Below, piece by piece: positions 9,401 to 16,921 of a DNA stretch of 24,229 nucleotides (position 1 is its first letter; each line of letters opens with the position of its first letter). The position numbers were made by a program, and so were the translations under genes. The DNA comes from a virus (taxonomy: Duplodnaviria > Caudoviricetes): positions 1 through 24,229 of the IMG/VR virus record IMGVR_UViG_3300044448_001381; one strand, given 5' to 3'. The notes beneath the pieces were generated by a model. That model saw nothing but the letters and a program-made list of their open reading frames with translations. It was not told the DNA's origin and ran no database searches.

Positions 9401-9767
9401 ACAAGCCGTGCCGGCTGGCAAAGGTCAGCGTCTCGGCCGTTGTGTCGACAGACTCAATGCTCCCGCCCTTCGGCGTAGCCCACGTCACCAAGTTGCCGTC
9501 CTTCCAGATCCGGCCACGCTGGTGGCTGAGCTCGATGGCGTAGGCTTCGGTGTCGTTGAACTTGAACGGGATCAGGCGCGACTTGTAGCTGTCGCTGTAG
9601 GCCGCGCCGGCGTAGCGCATCCCCACCCGGCGGTCGAGCACACCCTGCGGGCGCACGATGAAGTTGCGGCAGGTGGCCAACCCATACTGATACTGGCGGA
9701 CGTCGATCCGACCCTGCATCTCAGGGCTGATCTCGCCAGAGCTGAAACTGATCTGCGTTGCCTTCAT
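6417..9767 (-). CDS. Tail tubular protein B / nozzle (T7 gp12-like), 1116 aa, enlarged by insertions
   Basis: N-terminus QISFSSGEISPEMQGRIDVRQY...CRNFIVRPQG...SRLIPFKFN; YTQSNDVMTLAHP; FEQRRVFGG; AWHQHD; C-terminal QSLPLPATILNI. ATGA overlap with the upstream adaptor gene. Confidence 0.92.
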   Translation of the reverse strand: MKATQISFSSGEISPEMQGRIDVRQYQYGLATCRNFIVRPQGVLDRRVGMRYAGAAYSDSYKSRLIPFKFNDTEAYAIELSHQRGRIWKDGNLVTWATPKGGSIESVDTTAETLTFASRHGLSTNDEVQLIGSEMLGLTPGTTYKAQVVDSRTITLNQSGGSAQGIDGTLSGTLRVFLNSEVPDNYQGGNQAINAQTDDLQDIESTSHGLAVGDTIRFRSQTTSPTLETLGFYTTIDYYVVEVVDANNFRISDVRNGPALTATASMGDQDWHRRYLEGATVFFAGTEGGGATHGVYRATVDVTGLAATPVMSKWELLPEDGTYTFDLPYSDTELAKLTYTQSNDVMTLAHPSHAPLELIRYGLAHWSTQSVTFEPNVATPTLGTPTVDRGAKLKLTLEYLHISLASMGGVGPTGHIAEFAFGETAPNSTAASTLRFSGAKGLAVGDIVFIEHSSTPSGGSASQYFPADKSGDGYYQVGHSTAKDITNVGDYRIRFQREDGTWMPGRGSGAPYTATGTRYVDVNVYFASNSADREQKYKVTALDAARSESFAQDTPATASNIIDVAGATNTLTWNAIPGAVRYRVYREFDGLFGLIAETEETTFVDDNSAEEDMSITPPLRDDFLNGTNNHARAVSYFEQRRVFGGSNNRPRTLLMTRSGTESDMSYSLPVKDTDRISVTLAAREAAVVRHIVPMQDLMLLTQQGEWRLFTINSDAITPETVAVRQQGEVGANNVQPIMVNNVVAYAAARGGHVRSVMFNQQRQGYLSGDISLRASHLFDNYELTDAAFQQAPYPIMWWVSSSNKLLGCTYIPEEEVMAWHQHDSGTASFESVCVVPEGLQDTTYVVVVRDGVRSIERMVPDVVVDLDDSVFVDSASVRDGYSSTYTGGATITFQQTASYRVGDTVRVTASGVAFSPADIGEFLQVTSGGESYSMEILTAPSGTEVDVRLLRDLPQTVYSATISTWAMATKTVTGLAHLNGQTVQAVEDGSYTKTYTVANGEISLGSPAARVIVGLSYDSDMQTLPQAYQVEGFGQGTSKIVRDAWLRLLNTAGLQVGPSSSSLVTVDSMTTNSLQSGEFETSVPSEWTQSGQMFVRQSLPLPATILNICLLTEIGD

Positions 9768-12700
9768 CGGTTGCGGTCCCAGTCCGACAGCTCGCCGGTC
9801 TCGCCGCGGTCGCGGTCAAACTCCGCGAGGTGGTAGGTCTCCAGCTTGCGCTCGCGCGTCTTGGTGGCGTCGAACGCGGTCGCCTGCTGCATCATAAACT
9901 CGAACATCTGCTGGCTGCTTTGCGCCGCCTTGACCCCTGCCTCGCCCTTAATCAGCGGGCCAGCCAGCAGCGTAGCGAGCTTCCACGACAGCGCCTGCAC
10001 GAACATCTCGCTGTAGTGGTGGGGGTCGGTGACCTTGGCGTGATAGCGGAGCACCACGTCGTCTTGGTTGCAGTAGATGCGCCGGGTGTAGTTGGCGTCG
10101 AGCTCGATCGCATACTCGAGCGGGGTGTGCCGCCCCATGTAGCAGACGTCGTCCTTCGGCTCCTTCGGCAGCACCGCCAGCACGCCGACGAAGTCGTCGG
10201 GCAAGTAGAAGCTGTAGAGCCACTCGGTGCGGTCTGTGGTCGCCTTGGTCGGGCTAGTGCGGCGAATGCTGAAGTCCCACGGGTGGCGCTGCAGCACGCC
10301 GTTGAGCGCCAGGTCGTAGAACTGCGCGCACAGGTCGGCCTGCCGGCTGCCGTCGCTCGGACGGAAGGCGGTGATGGTCGCCTTGTCGCCCAGGTTGGCC
10401 AGCGCCAGGTTGCAGATTTGGACGTCGGTGTAGGCCGGCTCCACCTGCAGGCTCTCCCACGCGGTGAACAGGCTCTTGCCCAAGTAGTCCATGCCGACGC
10501 CGCTGTATCGGATGTATTCCGTGCCGCCCAAGTCAGCCTCGTAGTTGGTCGAGACGCTGGTCAGATCGACGTAGCGGCTGTGCGGATCTTCGTCTGCCAC
10601 AGCCTTGATCGCCGTGTTGACTGCCTCAGCACTTGTGCGCAAGACCGCGGTGCCATCCAGCGCAGTCGGCGTGGTGTGCTTCTCGCGGACCAAAGCCTGC
10701 ACGAACGGGATCCGCTCGGCTGCCTTGGTCGACAAGCCGGCGCTGACGACGGCCGCTCGCAGGTCTTTCTTGAGCTGCCGCAGGCTCGCCTTGTAGTTCT
10801 CGGACAAGGTCGTCGACTTGGCTTCCTCCTCGCCTTGCATCCACGTCACGAGCTCGACTTCTCCAGTGTCGCCCTGCTCGTCGAGCGCGCGCTTGACGCC
10901 AGCCAGCACGGCCTCGAGGCGCGCAAAGCAGCCATCAGGCTCGCCCTTGCTCCAGCTCACCTGCCGCGCAGGGTCGTAGTGCCCAAAGCCCACGCCGGTC
11001 TCGGTGCCGATCTCGCGGTGCTGGATGGTCGATCCAGGGAACGCGCAGTTGATGTGGAGAATCGGCTCGCCGTAGTGGGTCGCCATCCGCAGCGCCAAGG
11101 TGACGCCGCTGCTGATCTCGATGCCTGGCCGGCGGCGCGGGCCGCGGTCGGGCTGGTAGACCTCTGGGACGCTGTATTGGCCGGGGTAGTTGAAGCCGGG
11201 CGGGAAGGGGTTGTCTTTCCCCAGAGCGTCCACGCACACCATGTAGTGCGTCCCCGACTCCGTCGAGCTCGACTCGTGGCTGACAGCCGTGCCGCCGTAG
11301 GTCTCGCTGTAGGTGAACGCCCCGGTGCTGCGGGTGAATCCCGTGATGTAGTAGGTCTTTCCCGGTGTCAGGCCGTTAGGCAGCTGGCCGGTTGTGAAGA
11401 ACTGCACCGCTGCGTTCGTGTAGAACTCCGCAATGGCCGCGTCCCCGGACACGGTGTTGGTTGACGCCAGCGTGACCGCGTAGGGCGTCCCCTGGCCCGC
11501 GCTACGGCCCTCAAACGGTGACCATGGTAGGATCTTGCAGAACTCGTCAAACGGGACGGCAGAGCCGCTCACAGGCGGCGGCTCGATGACGAACTTGTCG
11601 CCCTCCTGCGGGGTGGCCGACCAGGTGCCGTTGTGGTGCAGCTTCGACACTGTCGCGCTTCCGGTCTCGTCGAGTTGGACATGCTTGAGCATGACCGACT
11701 TCCCGACGTTTGCCGAGCTGGCCGTGGCCGCGCTCGAGCATCGAAGCTGCAAGCCGTTGAGGTAGCCGCTGAACTGCGACAGGCGGTTTGACGCGTGGAC
11801 GTTGTCCACAATCGCCTCGTCGCTGCTGTAGGCCAAGTCCTCGCCGCCGACTTCGTCGCTGACGTAGAAGCTGCAGTGGCTCTCTGGCCGCGTGATCGTG
11901 CAGACGCCAGAGCCAGTTCCGCTAAGGGCCACAACAATGCCCCCCAGTTGCGCAAACTTGTTGGTCGGGATGCCTGACGGCGTGATCGCGTCTCCAGTGG
12001 CGCTGCCCGCTGCCAGCGTGATGGTGGTGCTAGTGGTCGCCTTGACGTAGTAGGTGGTGCTGGAGCTAAACCCGCCTGGCGTGTCGTCGTCGCTGGTGAA
12101 CTTGACGGTTTGCCCTACGTAGAACGTGTGAGCACCCTCGAACACCGTCAAGGTTGCCGCGCTCGTGCTGACAATGAGCTTGACCGGACGCGCGTCTAGA
12201 AGCTGGAAATCGTAGCCATTGGTCAGTGGCTGCGCAAAGTAGCTTGTGCCGTTGGTGATGCCGGTAGCTGGGGTGCCGCCTGAGAACACAATTTCTTCGC
12301 CAAAAGTCAGCCCATGGGCGACATCGAAAACGCCCGACGCGGTCCCTGTGCGCAGCGTGTTGGACCCATACGCGCCAACCGTCTCTGTCCAAGTGTAGCT
12401 CTGCTGCTCGCCAGCTTCGGCGACACGCGTGACGTATAGCCGCGACGCGTTGAGGTCTCCGTGCGCTCGCAACTGATACTGGGCAGTGGTCCCTCCACCC
12501 TCAGCTACAACGCCCGTGAGGTTTTTGGCGGTGCCCCCCACGGTGTCCGCAACTTTGAACGTGGTTGCCGTAACGTCTCGCACAAAGTAGTCCTGCCCGC
12601 CGGTTAGGCCAGCAGGGAACAGGGTGCCGTCCATTTTGATGCGCTGGCCCTCAGCTAGGCCGTGGCCGCTGTTCAAGTTGGGCGAGGAAGTGCTGCCCGT

Positions 12701-13813
12701 AAACACATCAGAGCTGACGTCAAACGTGGCTGTGAAGTTTGTGATCGTCGAGACGCCTGCGTAGCCGCCTACGCTTTCCGTCAGCGCAATCGGCATCCCC
12801 GGCCGCACCTGCATGCTAGGCATCGTGAGCCGGAACTTCTGCGGGCCGCTGTCTAGCGAATACTCTACGCCGATGCGGATGTTCTTGGCGTCCTTGTTCG
12901 GGTCGGACTCGAGGCTGCTGCCCCCGTCGCGGTAGCCGCCGAGCTGCCTGTTCAGCACGAGCGACCCGGTAGCCGAGGCCGCGTTGGCCATGAGCACGAG
13001 CTCGTGGTCGAACACCTCGTTCTCGGCCGGAGCTGGGTCTAGCGGCGGCTCGACGTTGAGCACGAACGGGTCGCCGTCTGTCCGGTCAATAACCCCGCCC
13101 GGCACCGCGGTGTGCGTGGTGTTGGTCCGGTGCCGCGTGATGGTCATCGGGAAGACCTGCGCCACCTTGATGTTGGTCACGGTGCCGGTTCCCGTAACGG
13201 CATCGCCGGTTGGCCACTCCTCTACGGTAAACGTGGTGGTCAAGGGCGTAGTCTTGACCTTGTAGGCGCGGTCTCCAAAGATCAGCCCGCTTACGCCGCC
13301 CGCGGCGCTGATGCCGAACGTGACGTAGTCGTCGACCGCCAGTCCGTGGGCACCGGACGTGGTGAAGGTGCCGCTGCTTAAGCCTGTCAGCGTCTTCACG
13401 ATGCCGCCGGCTTGGCCCATCATGTCGGTCGTGACGCGGTGCGGGAGCTGGCTGCTGCCGCTTAGCCGGAACCGGCCGGGGTAGTCCGACGTCGACTTGT
13501 CGTAGGTCAGGTAGGACGGCGTCGGGTTGTAGAACACGGCCTGCTTGACCATCTGCAGGGCCGCGCCCGCGCAGTTGGCCGTCTGGAACTCGCCGATCTC
13601 CTCAGCTCCTAGCGCGTCGGCTGTCCACCCGCCGGGGAACGTGCCGGTCAGCTGGAACGTGTCCTTGTAACTCCCTTGGGCGAACGTTGGGCCGCCCGTC
13701 GTGCTGGGGTTCCGCAGCGCGTAGAAGTCGTAGAGGGCTTCCCACCCTTGGATGTCGCCAACGGCCGATGCGTTTTCCTGCCCAGCCTCGAGAAGAATGC
13801 GCACCTTGGCCAT
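9764..13813 (-). CDS. 1349-aa fusion: degenerate SGNH/SASA esterase fold with inserted beta-repeat modules, plus C-terminal tail tubular protein A / adaptor (T7 gp11-like)
   Basis: The C-terminal ~220 aa (YTDVQICNLALANLGD...LCAQFYD...VLQRHPWDFSIRR...WLYSFYLPDD...FVQALSWKLATLLAGPL) is a typical podovirus adaptor in the expected position. The remainder has SASA-like blocks (LLEAGQEN; PILHINCAFPGSTI; VTWMQGE; IPFVQA) and HGLxxG modules. Confidence 0.85.
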   Translation of the reverse strand: MAKVRILLEAGQENASAVGDIQGWEALYDFYALRNPSTTGGPTFAQGSYKDTFQLTGTFPGGWTADALGAEEIGEFQTANCAGAALQMVKQAVFYNPTPSYLTYDKSTSDYPGRFRLSGSSQLPHRVTTDMMGQAGGIVKTLTGLSSGTFTTSGAHGLAVDDYVTFGISAAGGVSGLIFGDRAYKVKTTPLTTTFTVEEWPTGDAVTGTGTVTNIKVAQVFPMTITRHRTNTTHTAVPGGVIDRTDGDPFVLNVEPPLDPAPAENEVFDHELVLMANAASATGSLVLNRQLGGYRDGGSSLESDPNKDAKNIRIGVEYSLDSGPQKFRLTMPSMQVRPGMPIALTESVGGYAGVSTITNFTATFDVSSDVFTGSTSSPNLNSGHGLAEGQRIKMDGTLFPAGLTGGQDYFVRDVTATTFKVADTVGGTAKNLTGVVAEGGGTTAQYQLRAHGDLNASRLYVTRVAEAGEQQSYTWTETVGAYGSNTLRTGTASGVFDVAHGLTFGEEIVFSGGTPATGITNGTSYFAQPLTNGYDFQLLDARPVKLIVSTSAATLTVFEGAHTFYVGQTVKFTSDDDTPGGFSSSTTYYVKATTSTTITLAAGSATGDAITPSGIPTNKFAQLGGIVVALSGTGSGVCTITRPESHCSFYVSDEVGGEDLAYSSDEAIVDNVHASNRLSQFSGYLNGLQLRCSSAATASSANVGKSVMLKHVQLDETGSATVSKLHHNGTWSATPQEGDKFVIEPPPVSGSAVPFDEFCKILPWSPFEGRSAGQGTPYAVTLASTNTVSGDAAIAEFYTNAAVQFFTTGQLPNGLTPGKTYYITGFTRSTGAFTYSETYGGTAVSHESSSTESGTHYMVCVDALGKDNPFPPGFNYPGQYSVPEVYQPDRGPRRRPGIEISSGVTLALRMATHYGEPILHINCAFPGSTIQHREIGTETGVGFGHYDPARQVSWSKGEPDGCFARLEAVLAGVKRALDEQGDTGEVELVTWMQGEEEAKSTTLSENYKASLRQLKKDLRAAVVSAGLSTKAAERIPFVQALVREKHTTPTALDGTAVLRTSAEAVNTAIKAVADEDPHSRYVDLTSVSTNYEADLGGTEYIRYSGVGMDYLGKSLFTAWESLQVEPAYTDVQICNLALANLGDKATITAFRPSDGSRQADLCAQFYDLALNGVLQRHPWDFSIRRTSPTKATTDRTEWLYSFYLPDDFVGVLAVLPKEPKDDVCYMGRHTPLEYAIELDANYTRRIYCNQDDVVLRYHAKVTDPHHYSEMFVQALSWKLATLLAGPLIKGEAGVKAAQSSQQMFEFMMQQATAFDATKTRERKLETYHLAEFDRDRGETGELSDWDRNR

Positions 13814-13828
13814 AGTCGTGTCCGTCGT

Positions 13829-14032
13829 CTAGCTGCTTGGGTCTGTCTGCTGCTCCGTCTTCGGTGCAGGTTTGCGCCGCCGGCGTGGTTTTACCGGCGG
13901 CGCAGCTGGAGTTTCATACTCCAGCGGCCGTGCCCAGTCGGGCATGTCGCGACCTTCGGGGATCGTGACGCGCTGGCCAGGCCAGATGCGCTGACCAGCG
14001 TGCCACGCCCGTTTGGTTGCGATCACTTCCAC
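13829..14032 (-). CDS. Small hypothetical protein (67 aa) between cement and adaptor genes
   Basis: GTG start 3 nt after the cement stop and fills the gap. Short beta-type N-terminus (VIATKRAW..G.RI.PG) with a basic Pro-rich tail, as often found at this locus. Confidence 0.7.
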   Translation of the reverse strand: MEVIATKRAWHAGQRIWPGQRVTIPEGRDMPDWARPLEYETPAAPPVKPRRRRKPAPKTEQQTDPSS

Positions 14033-14035
14033 GGA

Positions 14036-14533
14036 TTAGCCGAGCGCCGGAGCGCCGTCAGCGTAGGCGTGGATCTTTGGGACGGCCTTGGTGATGTAGG
14101 CGTCGATCGAGCCGCTGGCCAGCGCCGTGGTCGCAACGTCGCACGTCACGCCCAAGTATCGAAGGTATTCGACACCTTCTTGGCCGAGCTGCGCAGCCAT
14201 CAAGACCTTGCCCGCGGTCAGCACCTTGGCACTCGCCGCGGCGTTGCCAGCCTTCGTGGTGAACGTAGCTTCCTTGAGGATGCTGCTGTTTGCGTCGAAG
14301 CTGGTGTCGCTGTCGGTCACCAAACGCACCGTGAACGTGCCGTCCGACGCGCTGTCGGCCAGCTTGATCTCGCTAGCCGCAGACACAACAAAGTAAAGCG
14401 GCTCGCCAACCCCGATGTCGCCAGGATCAGCCTTGCCCAAGTCAATGTGGGAGCCCTCCTTGACATTGGTGCCGGTGCCAGTGGTGAGAGTCTCGTTGTC
14501 GCAGATCTCGCCAAACGTTGAAAGAATTGCCAT
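14036..14533 (-). CDS. Capsid cement / decoration protein (Bbp16-like), 165 aa
   Basis: The true start is probably ATG 14533 (MAILSTFGEICD...), preceded by TAAGGAG; the 334-aa track ORF is over-extended. Motifs IDLG...DIGVGEPLYFVV...YLRYLGV....GSIDAYI; directly after the major capsid gene. Confidence 0.85.
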   Translation of the reverse strand: MAILSTFGEICDNETLTTGTGTNVKEGSHIDLGKADPGDIGVGEPLYFVVSAASEIKLADSASDGTFTVRLVTDSDTSFDANSSILKEATFTTKAGNAAASAKVLTAGKVLMAAQLGQEGVEYLRYLGVTCDVATTALASGSIDAYITKAVPKIHAYADGAPALG

Positions 14534-14544
14534 GAGTCTTCTCC

Positions 14545-15582
14545 TTACGTGCGGGTGACAGAAGTTTCGGAAGTGGTGAGCGAATCGCTCAGAAGCACCG
14601 GGATGCCGTTGATGGCGTCGACCTCGCGGCCGGCCAGCTCCATGCGCGTCAGCGTGCTCGCTGCCGTGCCAGCCTTCGCTTGCAGGCGAAGGAACTCCAT
14701 GATGCCCTCGTTGCAGACGATGACCTTCTTGTCGGTCATGCCGCGGCGAGTGCGGGCCATCATCCGCGACAGGATGTCGTAGAGGTTGGGACCCGTTGCT
14801 GCGTCCGCCTTGAGCTCGCTGAAGTCGACCTGAGCGCGAGCGCAGGTGCGCCAGTCGCGCAGGCTGAGGCCACAAGCCCAGCGGTAGTGCGTCCGGTGCG
14901 CCTCGAAGCGACCGCCGGCCGAGCCGTCCGAGCTCGCGTCTTCGATCGTGACGACACCCTTGTAGTCTTCCTTGAGACCCATGGTGTAGCCCTTCGGGTA
15001 GAGGCCGTGCAGCGCCTGCGGGCCAAAGCCCAGCAGCCACATCGACGTGTCCGTCGTGGTGCCCTCGGCGATGACGTTGCGCTTGTTCTCCGCGGCGGTA
15101 GCCGTCGCCGATCCGTTCGACTGCAGCTCTGACACGTCGTAGCGCGCCGACAGCCCCGTGAACGCTTCCGGCTCAGTGCCTTCGTCGCCATAGAACCACG
15201 TCGACATGAACTCCTCGGTGAGACCCGCGACAAACGCGGCGTTCTCGCTGAGAAGCCACCCGGCGCTGTTGCCGTTGGCTTCCACCAAGTCAACGTCGAC
15301 CTCGGCGTAGGCGTGCATGATGCCGGTCGTGTCCCGGATCTGACGCGTCTCGCTCTTGGTCGGCTGGACGCCGCCGTAGAGCTTGCGCCAAGTCGGCGCG
15401 GGCAGGCCGGTGCGAATGGTGGTCTTGTGACCTTCGCCGTCGTTGCACTCAATCCATGGGATGACATCGGCGAGCTCGTTCTCCTTGCGGATCAGCTCGA
15501 TGATGTCTGCGATCTTGCCATCGCGGTTGATGCGATTGACATAGTCCACCATCGTGGGGTGGCTGGTTGCTGAAACACTCAT
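14545..15582 (-). CDS. Major capsid protein (HK97 fold, BPP-1/epsilon15 type), 345 aa
   Basis: Motifs IPWIECND...HKTTIRTGLPAPTWRKLYGGVQPTKS; EPEAFTGLSARY; HGLYPKG; YRWACGLSLRDWR; INGIPV. SD AGGAG upstream. Confidence 0.95.
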   Translation of the reverse strand: MSVSATSHPTMVDYVNRINRDGKIADIIELIRKENELADVIPWIECNDGEGHKTTIRTGLPAPTWRKLYGGVQPTKSETRQIRDTTGIMHAYAEVDVDLVEANGNSAGWLLSENAAFVAGLTEEFMSTWFYGDEGTEPEAFTGLSARYDVSELQSNGSATATAAENKRNVIAEGTTTDTSMWLLGFGPQALHGLYPKGYTMGLKEDYKGVVTIEDASSDGSAGGRFEAHRTHYRWACGLSLRDWRTCARAQVDFSELKADAATGPNLYDILSRMMARTRRGMTDKKVIVCNEGIMEFLRLQAKAGTAASTLTRMELAGREVDAINGIPVLLSDSLTTSETSVTRT

Positions 15583-15596
15583 CTCTTACTCCTGAA

Positions 15597-16244
15597 TCAG
15601 TCGTTCAAGTCGCTGCCGGGGAAGTGCGATCGAGCAGTGCTCTGTGGCGCTTCGTCCCGGCTCTGCCCAGCGACGAAACGTCCGTCGCTAATGGCTCCAC
15701 GGACCCGCTTCGCAAACCCCAGAATGGCTGGGTGGTTCACGAGTCCCCATTCGGTCAACACCTGCAACGCGTGACCTTCGGGATCGAACGTGGCGAAAGC
15801 CTGCTTGGCTTCCGTGAGCGACTGCTGCAGCTTGGCCCCGCCGATCTCGGGGTGCTGCTTTGTCTCCGCTGCCCACTGCTCCATCATCTGTTGGTGGAGC
15901 TGCTGGTAGTGCTGCGTAAACGCAGGACCAACTTGGTCGAGAACTTTCTGGGCCTGCTCGTTAGAGAGGCCCTCTTGCGCCGCTGCTTCGCCTAGAGCTC
16001 GCACAGGTGACGATCCCACGTCGACGTTCGTCCCTTCCGGGGCGGTAAACGTCCACGCGCTAGCGTCCTGTTGCACAGGCTCGTTCGATCCCTCGGGTTG
16101 TGCCGAGGTGTCTTGACCCTCCTCCGTAGCCGTGCCCTCCGAGGTCACGGTGTCCAATAGGCTGGTCGGGCTTTCAGCGGCGCTGCTGCCACCGTTGTCG
16201 GGGGCGGCCTGCGCGGCTAGTTCAATCGTTTGCTCTTCGGTCAT
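15597..16244 (-). CDS. Capsid assembly / scaffolding protein, 215 aa
   Basis: Acidic disordered N-terminus, GLSNEQAQK and WGLVNHPAIL...ISDGRFV motifs; immediately upstream of the capsid gene; SD AGGAG. Confidence 0.82.
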   Translation of the reverse strand: MTEEQTIELAAQAAPDNGGSSAAESPTSLLDTVTSEGTATEEGQDTSAQPEGSNEPVQQDASAWTFTAPEGTNVDVGSSPVRALGEAAAQEGLSNEQAQKVLDQVGPAFTQHYQQLHQQMMEQWAAETKQHPEIGGAKLQQSLTEAKQAFATFDPEGHALQVLTEWGLVNHPAILGFAKRVRGAISDGRFVAGQSRDEAPQSTARSHFPGSDLND

Positions 16245-16524
16245 ACTGCTCCTGCAGTGCTCGCAAAACTAGATCGGGAGACAGCTGCATGGCCTCGTGC
16301 CACATGTCCACGGCACGATCGCGAAGGACGCATCTCTCTGCGTCATTCACAACGTGCGGCGACAGGAGGGCGGGACCGACGTCGTGTTGCCACCATTGCC
16401 GGCGGCCCCACTCGGTCTGCAGCAGCGACCGCAAGTCCTGCTTCCGCACATCGCGAACACGCTTGCGCGCGTCGCGTTGCTTCGCCTCGAGGGCGTCAGC
16501 GTCTGCAGGATCGTGGTCAATCAC
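16222..16524 (-). CDS. Bbp19-like small head-region protein, 100 aa
   Basis: DLRSLLQTEWGRRQWW motif; position just upstream of the scaffold gene, which it overlaps. Confidence 0.68.
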   Translation of the reverse strand: MIDHDPADADALEAKQRDARKRVRDVRKQDLRSLLQTEWGRRQWWQHDVGPALLSPHVVNDAERCVLRDRAVDMWHEAMQLSPDLVLRALQEQYDRRAND

Positions 16525-16559
16525 CCGCGCAAACTAACCAAATGCGGTGCGCAGGTAAA
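16525..16559 (-). promoter_or_regulatory. Putative sigma70-type promoter, probably leaderless, for the head/tail operon
   Basis: On the minus strand TTTACC (16559-16554), 17 nt, TAGTTT (16536-16531), 6 nt, GTG (16524). No SD before the GTG. Confidence 0.55.
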
Positions 16560-16568
16560 TGAGCGGAA

Positions 16569-16610
16569 CGCGCTGTGGCTTCCCGTGTTATATCGCGCGG
16601 GGACAACGCG
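16569..16610 (-). other. Interrupted stem-loop in the largest intergenic gap (possible terminator or processing site)
   Basis: Minus-strand CGCGTTG-TCCCCGCG...CACGGGA-AGCCA-CAGCGCG can pair with a bulge. No clear poly-U tail. Confidence 0.3.
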
Positions 16611-16628
16611 TGCAGAGCTAGTGGAGTC

Positions 16629-16919
16629 CTACCACTTGGTCCGGTTGGCCCAGTAGGCCGCCGACATCTTGCCCTTGGCGATGTTCTTGGCGTGCCGGTC
16701 CTTGAACGCCTTGTTGCGCTTGCTGCCGTCTGGGCTGCCCTTGACGCCCTGCTGGCCGAACCTGATCACCTTGACCTGTTCGCCCTGCTTGGCCACAACG
16801 ACGTGGCTCTTGGTCTTGTGACCTGGCGTGCGCTTCGGCTTGTTCACCGCGCTCACGCCAGCTCGCTTCTTGGCAGACTCGACCTTCGAGCTCGCCGCGC
16901 TTTTCTTCTTAGCTGCCAC
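16629..16919 (-). CDS. Lys-rich basic hypothetical protein, 96 aa
   Basis: VKVIRFGQQG...KAFKDRHA...MSAAYWANRTKW resembles a widespread small phage family of unknown function; GTG 2 nt after the upstream stop. Confidence 0.85.
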   Translation of the reverse strand: MAAKKKSAASSKVESAKKRAGVSAVNKPKRTPGHKTKSHVVVAKQGEQVKVIRFGQQGVKGSPDGSKRNKAFKDRHAKNIAKGKMSAAYWANRTKW

Positions 16920-16921
16920 GC

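Noticed and set aside
9758-11464. 568-aa plus-strand ORF and other long antisense ORFs (e.g. 6663..7784, 13676..14521, 20214..20879)
   Set aside because: Antisense shadows of GC-biased real genes; low-complexity composition and no recognisable motifs.
11230-13400. FCCH-like modules as evidence of a ubiquitin-like conjugation system
   Set aside because: No E1 adenylation, E2 or ubiquitin-like gene is present; the modules sit in tail proteins and are best read as structural beta domains.
14036-15040. The 334-aa track ORF suggests a -1 frameshift fusing major capsid to cement (T7 10A/10B style)
   Set aside because: The -1 frame is open, but I found no X XXY YYZ slippery site near the capsid end. 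The cement gene has its own strong SD, and rare T at third positions explains the open frame.
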